Shown here one piece after another: positions 11,631 to 23,284 of a DNA stretch of 64,000 nucleotides. The notes under the pieces are model-generated. The model was not told the DNA's origin and searched no databases. It was given only the letters and a program-made list of their open reading frames with translations. The stretch lies in the NCBI GenBank assembly GCA_002104945.1, contig MCFH01000032.1:496001-560000 (forward strand), given 5' to 3'. Position 1 is the stretch's first letter. The number at the start of each line of letters is the position of its first letter. The translations under genes were made by a program, and so were the position numbers. The stretch is from Piromyces finnis finn. Lineage: Eukaryota; Fungi; Neocallimastigomycota.

Positions 11631-12633
11631 TGTTAGGTTTTGGGGTTTGGTTATGCGGCCAGGTCAGAATGTTATTAATTATATAGTAAATATGTTTTTT
11701 AAGAAATTAAATTTAAATATAAAATGACACTTTAAACTTCCAAATGAAAAATTAATATTTATTTTTTAAAATAACTTTTTATAAAATTCTATTTATTTAT
11801 TAATAATAATATAAATGATAATATATTTAAGAACTATATAATTAAGATTATAACTATAATCTTTACAAAGGATTAAAATCGAATTCAATTCATTCTATTT
11901 TATATTCTTTGTTCAGATTATTAAATTGATAAAAATAAAGTATTACATGTAATATATTAATAATATAATAAGATAATAAGATTGTTTATTTGTTTGTTTG
12001 TTTGTTTTGTCATGACATAAAATAAAATAAACATATGATTAATCATTTAAACACTTGATCCATTAACCTATTTTATAATAATTAGAATTATTTAATTTAT
12101 AAATGTTAACTGTTACACCTAAATGGTTTAGTTCTATTTTTAGTAACAGTCATTTTCATTAATTAAATTAATATAATTAAAATTTCTATTGATATCTTTT
12201 TAATTTTCGTCAAGTCATAAGAAATGTCTATGATCCATACTTGATATCATATTAATTTTAATTTACTTATTAAAATCTTCAAATGATCATATCTTCCTTA
12301 AATGTCCAGTTAGAAGGACCGCGATTATACCAAAATATAGCTCTTCCTTTAAGCTTTCCAACAAACTTAGTTTCACAGCCGTAGTACTTACAGCCATAGC
12401 GATCGTTTTTCGAGAGTTACGCCTTGTTTCGTGTTTGTTTATTTTTAGCTAAGGGTTATAGTGTATTGATATTAAATTTTTGAAATCATAACTCTTTCAC
12501 TGAATCAAAATTTAAAAGGTGACTTTTAAAGGTGTTTTAAAATAATTGTTGGGATTATTTAATTATAATTATTATGTTTAATTAATTATAGATATTATCT
12601 GAATTTGTTTTAAATCCAGTTAATATCTTCACA
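11631..12633 (-). mobile_element. Older solo LTR of chromovirus family D
   Basis: Reverse complement of the D LTR (50275-51407) with an internal deletion and substitutions; TSD ATTTA on both sides. Confidence 0.93.
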
Positions 12634-12688
12634 ATTTATAATATTTAATACTAAGAATAAATAATAAGTATTTATTCTTACAAACAAA

Positions 12689-13816
12689 TGATGCGTTGGT
12701 CACGCCCGGATTCTCCACCAAAATTTTATGATGCGTTGACCGATATATTTTTGAATAGTAAAATGTTTTTAATAAATAATAAATTCTATATTATTATGAT
12801 GAAACAATAAATTTAAAATAAAATAAAATATGTTTTATAATTAACAAATAAATCACTCAAACTCGAAAATAAACTCTTATTATGTTTTAAATTAAATCTT
12901 TATTATATTTTATAATTTATTTATTGTCTATTTATTGTATTTTTATTCTCTATTTATTGTCCGATTTTTATAAAGAAAAATTTTATCTTCCTTTTATACA
13001 TTTTCATTTATTACATGTATCATTATTTTTAACTATTAAATATTATTATTACTATTGTTATTATTTACTAAAATTAAAAGAATAAATTAAAATTATGTCT
13101 TAGTATTATAAAATATTATAGAATATTACTTATTTGATTTTATTATTACTTCAAAATGTTTAAATTTAGAAAAATTATTATAAATTATCATTGACTATCA
13201 TTAAATGTATAATACCTTGAATAAAATAATTAAAATTTAAAATTAAAATAATATTAAAATAAAATTAAAATAAAATTAAAATATTAAAAGTATCAATTAT
13301 TATAAGCACACATTTTATATAGAAACATAAAAGAGTTCTGTATTTTATCTTTAGAATTGTTATTATTGTTCTATTTCCAGGTTTTAAGTTTATCATTTTT
13401 AGTAATAATTACTCAATTAGTTATTTATTAATTTATAAGTTTAAAAGAATTTCTAAAAAATACTTGGATAAAACACTAGAATTAATAATTTGATGTATAC
13501 CATTTTATTTTTAGTTTATTTATTCATTTTTATTTATTTATTATTATTATTTTATTTTAATACATTATTGGATTAAGTCGTTTTATTTTATTTAATAATT
13601 TATTTTATTATTATCACTATTAGGTCGTTTTTACTCAGAGTTTATTATATAATAAAGAGAATATTATTTATTTAAGAAAGGGTTATATCTTCATAAAATT
13701 ATTATTCATTCATTTTTAAGGGTTATTATCAATTATTTTTTTATTATAAGTTACTATGGGTTAAGTCGTGTTTATTCAGTTAGTTTTTATTATGTTTTTA
13801 TGTGAGTAGCGTATTA
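12689..13816 (-). mobile_element. Family H LTR followed by its PBS and a second short LTR terminus (internally deleted element)
   Basis: LTR 12729-13816 matches 17075-19316 and 37906-39111; PBS complement CCCGGATTCTCCACCA at 12705-12720; TSD CAAA at 12685-12688 and 13817-13820. Confidence 0.85.
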
Positions 13817-13820
13817 CAAA

Positions 13821-14441
13821 TGATAAATAATAATTATAAATATATTATACATTTGATATTAGTAGAAAATTTTATTATAAAATAATTATTAAATAATTTT
13901 ATATAGTTTATTATAAAAATAGAATTTACATAAAATCAAATATTTTATAAATTTATATATTTGATTGGGTTAAATTATAAAAATAATTTTTAATATAAAG
14001 AATAATAATATTTTTTAGTAGAAAATAGGAAGACTTAGATTATTAATAATAAATTAAATTTTAATAATAGTTGATATAATTAATTAGTTAATACATAATA
14101 ATATTTAAAAGACAAAAATAAGTTTTTATATAATAAAAATTATTGTTAAAGAGAGTGTAAAAACAATAAATAAAAGAAAATATAAAAACGAAATTAAACT
14201 TGTCTGATTTGTGATTATTGTGTTAATAATAAATAATATTTTATAGAGTAAATCTGGTGTTATTATTCTATATAAATATTATTAAAATAATAAAACTATT
14301 AAAATTATAAAACAAATTAAATATATTAAATAAAACTAGTAGATATTGTTAAAGCTCGTACAATAACTGTCGAGATAAAACAATATAAGATAACAGAAGA
14401 AGTAGTTGAAAAGTTGTAATATAACTACCAATCCGTTATCA
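13821..14441. mobile_element. Probable solo LTR K (TGATAA...TTATCA)
   Basis: 6-bp terminal inverted repeat; flanks CAAA/TAAA; sits between H and I in the array. Confidence 0.6.
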
Positions 14442-14446
14442 TAAAT

Positions 14447-15248
14447 TGATATAATTTGATAATAATCTAAATTTTGAATTTTACTTCAAAAAGTGATTAT
14501 TATATTATATCTTTTGTTATAACTATATAAGTTATATTGATTAAGATTTAAGATCGTTTTTATAAAAATTAATAAAATTGTTTTGTTAAAACACTAAATT
14601 GTTTTATTAGAAACACTTGTTTTTCTAATATTTAAATATTTAAAATTTTATTTATTTAAGTATAAAAGTGATTATTAAAATTATAAAATATTAATCTAAC
14701 TATATAATATTTCTTTATTAATAATAATAATAATGATTAAAATAAGAATATTTACATGTATTTATATTTTCTTTTGAATTTAAACTATTTACATTAAAAC
14801 AATAAAATTAATAACTATTTACAATAAAAGTAATTAGAAATAACAATAAAAGAAATAATTAAAAGTTAAAGAATATAAAAAGTTGTTTATTTTACAATTA
14901 ATTAAAGTAATAATTATTTTTAATGTTTTAATAAAGGTGTTTAATTATATTATTTTATAACATGAATTATTATATTTGTTTACTTTTAAAGTGTAATTTA
15001 CTAACGAAGTTATTAAATATTTATTTTAACAATTAATTTAACAAAAGTTATATATTTTGATCTCGATTAATTAAAGTTTATTATTTTCTTTCAATAATCA
15101 AAATATATGCAGTGTTTAGGATTAATTTTATTTAAGAATTTTGGTAAAGTACTTAATTAAACTATAATTTGTTTTAAGTTACTTTTAGGGTTAACTTAAA
15201 AATCAGGTATAATAATAATTTTATATTTATTAATTTCATTATTTATCA
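14447..15248. mobile_element. Solo LTR, family I (TGATA...TATCA)
   Basis: Reverse-complement paralogue at 39715-40503 with the same boundaries. Confidence 0.8.
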
Positions 15249-15252
15249 GTAA

Positions 15253-15284
15253 TGATAAATAATTAAATTTATAAATTATGAATT

Positions 15285-15330
<46 letters not shown>

Positions 15331-15907
15331 TTAAAACACAGATAGTTAAAAATTAAAATAATTAACTTGTATAAAATTATTAAATTAAAAAATTATAAAT
15401 GTAAACTTTTTGTTTATTTAATTGTTAATTTATTTTTAAATTAAATAATTTATATTTGTTTATAATTATACTTTAAAATAATAATTTTGTATAAATAGTG
15501 ATAGAATTATTTTATTTTAAAAGATGTTCCTAATAATCCATAAAAATTAGATATAGTTATATTAAATTTATATATTATGGTTACTAATTATCCAAGAGAG
15601 AAAAATTAGATATTTATACTTAATAAAACAATATTTATTTTACAACATTTATAATACATACTAGATGTATTAAATTTTAATTATTTAATAATACTAGAGT
15701 TATTAAATAATATGATAATATAATAATTTTATAATTAAATAAAATAACATTTTATATTAAAAACTAACTAACACTTGCAAATGAACAAGTATAAAAATCA
15801 TTTATTCTATTTTTATTTTCCTTATTTTTATTTAAAAATTTTTAGATACAGATATTATCACTTTCTATAGTAAAATATAGAATTAAGATAATATCCTCTT
15901 CGTATCA
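15253..15907 (+). mobile_element. Solo LTR F1
   Basis: TGATA..TATCA termini; TSD GTAA on both sides. Confidence 0.88.
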
Positions 15908-15912
15908 GTAAG

Positions 15913-15945
15913 TGATAAATAATTAAATTTATAAATTATGAATTT

Positions 15946-15994
<49 letters not shown>

Positions 15995-16507
15995 AACACA
16001 GATAGTTAAAAATTAAAATAATTAACATGTATAAAATTATTAAATTAAAAATTATAAATGTAAACTTTTTGTTTATTTAATTGTTTATTTAGTTTTAAAT
16101 TAAATAGTTTATATTTGTTTATAATTATACTTTAAAATAATAATTTTGTATAAATAGTGATAGAATTATTTTATTTTAAAAGATGTTCCTAATAATCCAG
16201 TAAAATTAGATAATAATATTAAATTTTATTAAAATAATAGTTGTGATTATATTTACATACATTCAAGATGTATTAAACCATAACATATATATATTTAATA
16301 ATACAAGAGTTATTAAATATTAAAACTTTATAATTAAATAAAATAATTTTATATTTTAAACTAACAAAGACTTGCAAATGAACAAGTATAAAAATCATTT
16401 ATTCTATTTTTATTTTCTTATTTATTTTTATTTATTAAATTTTAGATACAAATATTATCACTTTCTATATTCATTTATAGAATTAAGATAATATCTTCTT
16501 TGTATCA
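15913..16507 (+). mobile_element. Solo LTR F2
   Basis: Same family as F1; flanks TAAG/TCAG (TSD with one mismatch). Confidence 0.88.
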
Positions 16508-16513
16508 TCAGAA

Positions 16514-17072
16514 TGATAAATAATTAAATTTATAAATTATAAATTAATAATAATAATAATAATAATTAAAATATAGATAAAAATTTAAAATATTTAACAT
16601 GTATAAAATTATTAAATTAAAAATTATAAATGTAAACTTTTTGTTTATTTAATTGTTTATTTCTTTTTAAATTAAATAGTTTATATTTGTTTATAATTAT
16701 ATCTTAAAATAATAATTTTGTATAAATAGTGATAGAATTACTTATTTTTAAAAATGTTCCTAATAATCCGTCAAAATTAGATAATAATATTAAATTTATT
16801 AAAATAATACTTATAATTATATTCACATACATACCGAGATGTATTAATAATAAAATATATATTTAATAATACTAGAGTTATTAAATATCAAAATTTATAA
16901 TTAAATAAACTATATTTTATAAAACTAACTAATACTTGAAAATGAACAAGTATAAAAATCATTTATTTTTATTTTCTTTAAATTTTATTTATTAAATATT
17001 ATTTTTTAGATACAAATATTATCACTTTCTATATTCATTTATAGAATTAAGATAATATTTTTCTTCGTATTA
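16514..17072 (+). mobile_element. Solo LTR F3
   Basis: Same family; terminal CA read as TA; left flank AGAA, right flank AG|AA split by element H. Confidence 0.85.
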
Positions 17073-17074
17073 AG

Positions 17075-19316
17075 TGATGCGTTGACCGATATATTTTTGA
17101 ATAATATAATATTTTTAATAAATAATAAATTCTAATATTTATGATGAAACAATAAATTTAAAATAAAATAAAATATGTTTTATAATTAACAAATAAATCA
17201 CTCAAAAACTCGAAAATAAACTCTTTTTATTATGTTTAAATTATCTCTTTATTATATTTATAATTTATTTATTGTCTATTTATTGTCCGCCCTTTATAAA
17301 GAAGAATTTTATCTTCTTTTTATACATTTTTCATTTATTATATGTATTATTATTTTTAACTATTAAATATTATTACTATTGTGATTATTTATTAAAATTA
17401 AAGAATAAATTAAAATTATGTCTTAATATTATAAAAATGTTATAGAATATTACTTATTTGATTTTCTTATTACTTCAAAATGTTTAAAATTAGAAAAACT
17501 ATTATAAATTATCATTAACTATCATTAAATGTATAATACCTTGAATAAAATAATTAAAATTTAAAATTAAAATAATATTAAAATAAAATTAAAATAAAAA
17601 TTAAAATAAAAATTAAAATAAAATTAATAAAATCAAATATTAAAAGTATCAATTAATATAAACACATTTTATACAGAAACATAAAAGAGTTCTGTATTTT
17701 ATCTTTAAAATTGTTATTATTGTTCTATTTCCAGGCTTTAAATTAATCACTTTTAGTAATAATTACTCAGTTATTTATTTGTTAATTTATATATATAAGT
17801 TTGAAAGAATTTCTAAAGAACACTTGGATAAAACACTAGAATTAATAATTTAATGTATATCATTTTATTTTTTTAGTTTATTTATTCATTTTTATTTACT
17901 TATTATTATTTTATTATTTTAATACATTTTTGGATTGAGTCGTTTTATTTTATTTAATAATTTATTTTATTATTATCTCTATTAAGTCGTTTTTATTCAT
18001 AATTTATTATTTAATAAAGAGAATATTATTTATTTAAAAGAAAGGGTTATATTTCCATAAAATTATTATTTATTCATTTTTAAGGGTTATTATCTTTTAT
18101 TTTTATTATAAGTCGCTATGGGTTAAGTCGTGTGTTAAGTTTTTGGGTTTGGTTATGCGGCCAGGTCAGAATGTTATTAATTATATAGTAAAAATGTTTT
18201 TTAAGAAATTAAATTTAATTATAAAATAACACCTTAAACTCCCAAATGAAAAATGAAAAATTTATATTTACTTTAAAATAACTTTTTATAAATTTTTTAT
18301 TTATTTAATAATAATATAAATGATATTATAAGTAACTATATAATTAAGATTATAACTATAATCTTTACAAAGAATTAAAATCGAATTCAATTCATTCTCT
18401 TTTATATTCTTTGTTCAGATTATTAAATTGATATTAATAAGAATAAAGTATTACATATAATATATTAGTAATATAATTAAATAAGTAATAAGATTGTTTG
18501 TTTGTTTGTTTGTTTGTTTGTCATGACATAAAATAAAATAAACATATGATTAATCATTTAAACAGTTGATCCTAATTAGTAATTATAAAAACTATTCAAT
18601 TAATAATTCATCATTATTAATTGATATTACCATAACATATTTGTTATAACTAAATAATTATTATTTTCAAAATTATTTCTAATAAAACTTGCCGTTAACC
18701 TATTTTATAATAATTAAGATTATTTAATTTATAGGTATTAACTGTTACACCTAAATGGGTCTAGTTCTATTTTTAGTAACAATCGTTATCATTAATTAAA
18801 TTAATATAACTAAAATTCCTATTGATATATTTTTAATTTCATCAAGTCATAAGAAATATTTATGATCCATACTTGATATCATATTGATTTTAATTTACCT
18901 AATAAAATCTTTAAATGATCATAACTTCCTTAAATGATCAGTTAGAAGGACCGCGATTGTACCAAATTGTAGCTTTCTTCCTAAGCTTTCCAATAAACCT
19001 AGTTTCATCACCGTAGCACTTACAGCCGTAGCGATCGTTTTTGGCGAGTTACACCTTATTTCGTACTTGCTTATTTTTGGTTAAGGGTTATAGTATATTG
19101 ATATTAAATTTTTGAAATCATAACCCTTTCACTGAATCAAAATTTAAAAGGTGACTTTTAAAAGTGTTTTAAAATAATTATTGAAATTATTTAATTATAA
19201 TTATTATGTTTAATTAATTATAGATATTATCTGAATTTGTTTTAAATCCAGTTAATATCTTCACATCGTGTTTATTCGGCTAGTTTTTATTACGTTTTTA
19301 TGTGAGTAGCGTATCA
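17075..19316 (-). mobile_element. Solo LTR, family H, 16 nt upstream of tRNA-Ser, interrupted by a D solo LTR
   Basis: TSD TAAG at 17071-17074 and 19317-19320; aligns to 12729-13816 and 37906-39111. Confidence 0.92.
18133..19265 (-). mobile_element. Young solo LTR of chromovirus family D (1133 bp)
   Basis: Same length as, and by eye identical to, the D LTRs; TSD TCGTG at 18128-18132 and 19266-19270. Confidence 0.96.
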
Positions 19317-19332
19317 TAAGAAATTTGTAAAT

Positions 19333-19414
19333 GTCACTTTGGCGGAGTGGTTAACGCGGTGGCCTGCTAAGCCATTTCCCTTTGGGAGCGCAGGTTCGAG
19401 TCCTGCAGGTGACG
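19333..19414 (+). tRNA. tRNA-Ser-GCT: tRNA-Ser(GCT)
   Basis: Acceptor GTCACTT/AGGTGAC, anticodon loop CT-GCT-AA, long variable arm, GGTTCGAGTCC T-arm. Confidence 0.96.
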
Positions 19415-19424
19415 AATAATTATT

Positions 19425-19497
19425 GCGAAGTTGGCGCAGTCGGCAGCGCGTAAGTCTCATAATCTTAAGGTCGTGAGTTCGAACCTCACACTTCGCA
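19425..19497 (+). tRNA. tRNA-Met-CAT: Elongator tRNA-Met(CAT)
   Basis: Acceptor GCGAAGT/ACTTCGC, loop CT-CAT-AA, TTCG T-loop (not the initiator ATCG), followed by a T-run terminator. Confidence 0.96.
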
Positions 19498-21116
19498 AAA
19501 TTTTATTATTTTTATTATGATTTAAATTAAAAACAAATAAAAAATTTTTACTTATTTTATTAGTTTCACCAGTTAAAATAAATATGTAGCTAGACATATT
19601 AATTTCATATCACAAATTTATCTACTAAATGAATATCTTAGGAATTATATGAAATAATTTAATTAAAAGCATAAATGGAAATGCTATAATAAAATTTTAA
19701 TAATTATAAAAGTTTATTATTGTAACCTTTTTTTTTTTTTTCATGGTTCAATACCACATTGTATATTCTACATTCACATATTTTTTTTTCTTCTATAAAA
19801 TACTAAAAAAAGATGTTACTATTATTGTGATGATTTGTTTTAATCTTGCTCTTATTCCACTACATTCCACTACTATAATTATTATTCATGGAATATTATT
19901 GTTTATTATTAATATTTATGTTTATTATTAATATTTATGTTTAAAAAAGATCCAATAATTTTTTTTGAAATGGAAAATTACTCCTTTTATTAAAAGTTAA
20001 TCGACTAAAAAAAACATGCTATACACACCACCATAATTTTTGTAAAAGATATTATTTAAAAAAATAATAAAGAATACTGTTTTTTTTTATATTTCTTTAT
20101 ATATTTAAATGTTGCCTTGTTCATCATCTTGATTTATCTATTTTTTCTTTAACTAAAGAAGAATAATACCATTCTTTACCTATTTTCATTGACTTTTTTT
20201 TTTAAATCTTTAAATTTTAAATATTAATAATTATTGTTCTTATTTAATAATATAAAAAATATTTACAATGTTATATATAATATATTAATTTATATATTAA
20301 TAATATACTGTAATATATTATCTGAATCAACTAATGGTTTATAAACAATAATAAATTTTAATAAATAAATAATTTAAAAGAAAAGAGAAACAAAAAGCAA
20401 AATATCAAAATATCTTTTTTTAAAAGTTTTTTATTATAAAATATAGTCTTTCACATTATCAAAATTTATCATTATATCCTATTATTAAACTTGTAGTATA
20501 AAAAATATAATAATATTGAAGAAAACAAACTAAAAAAAATTTATATATATATATATATATTTAAAAAAAGAAATAAAACAAAACTTTATTAAACACAATT
20601 TAAATATACATGTAAGTACTTTTTATAAAAAGTATATTTTTACATATATCATATATTATTGTCCTTATATATATCTGAATAAATGTGCTTATTTAAAGGA
20701 AGAAATAAAATAATAGATAGTTTGACAATTTGGAATTAATAAACTATTAAATTAGAAATAAAAAATGTAAATTTGAATTCGTGACATAGAAAATTGACAT
20801 TTTGTTTCTGTAAATTAAAAAAAAAAAAGTAATTATAATAGCAGATTACATTCAAAAACATGATATATTGAAATAACAAATAAAAAAAAAGAGGCAAGAT
20901 AAATTTCTCACACTTTAAAAAACTATTGTAACAAGTTTTAAAAAAAAAAAAATTTGAAATAATTTTTTTTTATTACTATTATTATTATTTCATATATGAA
21001 AAATATTCCACATTTTTAATTTTAATTTAAATTTTATTTCTAATTTAAATACTAAAATTATAAAACCATTATTAATTATATTAGAATTAAATAAAAATTA
21101 AAACCAATTTAAGAAA

Positions 21117-22960
21117 ATGATGACTGCTGGTAGTGTTGGTAGTAGAAGTGTGCTGGTAAATAATCGAATTTATATATATACTAATGAAATAATAAAATTT
21201 AAAGAGGAAAAGGATTAAAACTAATGGATATTTTTTTATTAAAAAAATAACTATAATTATAATCATAATAAATGTTTATAGCAACCAAACGTTTAATGAA
21301 GGAATATGCTGAACTTCAAAGTTCTCCAAATTTCCAATACTCAGCTGCTCCTCTTGAAGTACATACGAAAGAAAAAGAAAAATATATTTTATTCAAATAA
21401 TTTAATTTAAAAATGGAATGTAAATAAAATTTATCGCTGGAAAATTGTTATAATAGGATAATATTTTTGATTGGCATTTTACCATCAGAGGTCCACAAGA
21501 TTCAGAATTTGAAAATGGAATGTATGTAATTTCTAATCAAATGATATATACATAAACAAAAAAGTTAAATTTTACAATAATATTAATAATTAAATGGTAA
21601 AATTAATATAAAATATATTATATTATATAAATATATAATATTTATAAATTTTTCAAAGATATCATGGTCGTATTGTATTACTACCACAATATCCATATAA
21701 ACCACCAAGTATTTATTTCTTAACTGTAAGCTTAGAAATAAAATAATTATTATTATAAAAAATATAGGATAAAATAAAATTAATAAATTTAAATATATTA
21801 TTGTTATTAAAATTATATAAATAAATCTATAGCCAAATGATCGTTTTGAACTAGGAAAAAAAATTTGTTTAAGTATTACTGGATATCATCCGACCGGAAA
21901 CTTGGTTACCAGCTTGGGGAAGTAAGTAATTTATGTATCTTAAATAACAATTAATTCTATTGTTTACTAAAGTTTTCTTAAATTTATTTTTGTATATGGA
22001 AATATATATCATTATATTTTAAAATACTATAGTTAGAACAGCTTTAATTGCTTTAATTAGTTTTATGACAACCGAAGGAAAATCAGCTGTTGGTGCTTTG
22101 GATTATACACCAGAAGAAAGAAAAGTAATTATTATTTTATTTATAATCATTTCTAATTTTTATAATAATATTGTTTATTTGTTTATTACAAACTAATATT
22201 TATTAATTTTAATTTACCACCTTACTTCACATTTTTTAATTACTAATAATCAATAACTAAAGTTAATAGATTCTTGCTAAAAAGTAAGTAATATCAATAT
22301 ATTAATAAAACAATAATTGCTTATTAACAATAAACTTTTTAATTGTTTACTTTTATATTTAAATAAAAAGATCTCAAACATGATATTGTGAAAGATGTGG
22401 ATGTAAAAATTGTGAACAAGTATTACCAATTCCACAGAATGGAGAAGAAAATCATGAAGATCATGAAGATCATGATAAATTAGCTGATATGTTAGTTGTT
22501 TCTGGTGATAAAAAAGAAAATGTTGAATCAGAAAGTCAAAAAGATACCACAATTCAAACTGATATAATAATACTTTACCTATACCAAGCAACTCAGAAAA
22601 TGAAAGTAAAAATATTATAAAACCAACAGAATCAGCATTAAATAATACAACACCAACACCACACAACCATCTACTAATTTTAATACAAATAGTGTAGAAA
22701 TAAATTCTTCATTTGTACAGCAAAGAGTACCAACTTCATCTACTTCAGCAAATGTAGAACCTGTAAAACAAACCGCAACAACAGCACCAGCATCAACTTC
22801 GTCTTCTTCTAATCAACCAACAACTACACCAACAACAAATAGTGCACCATCTACAAATAATATTAATAGAACTAATTCACAAGTCAATATGAATCAAAAT
22901 AATATTAATGAAGAAAGATTCAAGTCATTCATTGATACAAAAAAAAAATTTATTCAATAA
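21117..22960 (+). pseudogene. UBC6: Ubiquitin-conjugating enzyme E2 J1 / Ubc6-like pseudogene (multi-exon)
   Basis: GT-AG exons at ~21282-21358, 21457-21521, 21659-21725, 21833-21921, 22033-22124, 22270-22283 and 22371 onward. They encode ATKRLMKEY, DWHFTIRGP, YHGRI, YPYKPP, KICLSITGYHP, IRTALIAL and LDYTPEERK. Lesions: 4-bp CCGA duplication at 21890-21897, TGA at 22381, further frameshifts in the tail, PNGRF changed to PNDRF. Confidence 0.88.
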
Positions 22961-23095
22961 AATCGAAAAATCAAAATATAAATTTTTAAAAAAAAAAAAA
23001 AAAATAAGAGAAAAAATAATAAAAAAAAAAGTTTAAACGAAATCATTATAATGTATAAACTAAAATACTTAAAATAACAACTACAACAACAACAA

Positions 23096-23284
<189 letters not shown>

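Noticed and set aside
15253-17072. Helitron or satellite tandem array
   Set aside because: Units have TG..CA inverted termini and TSD-like spacers and also occur singly and inverted, so they are solo LTRs.
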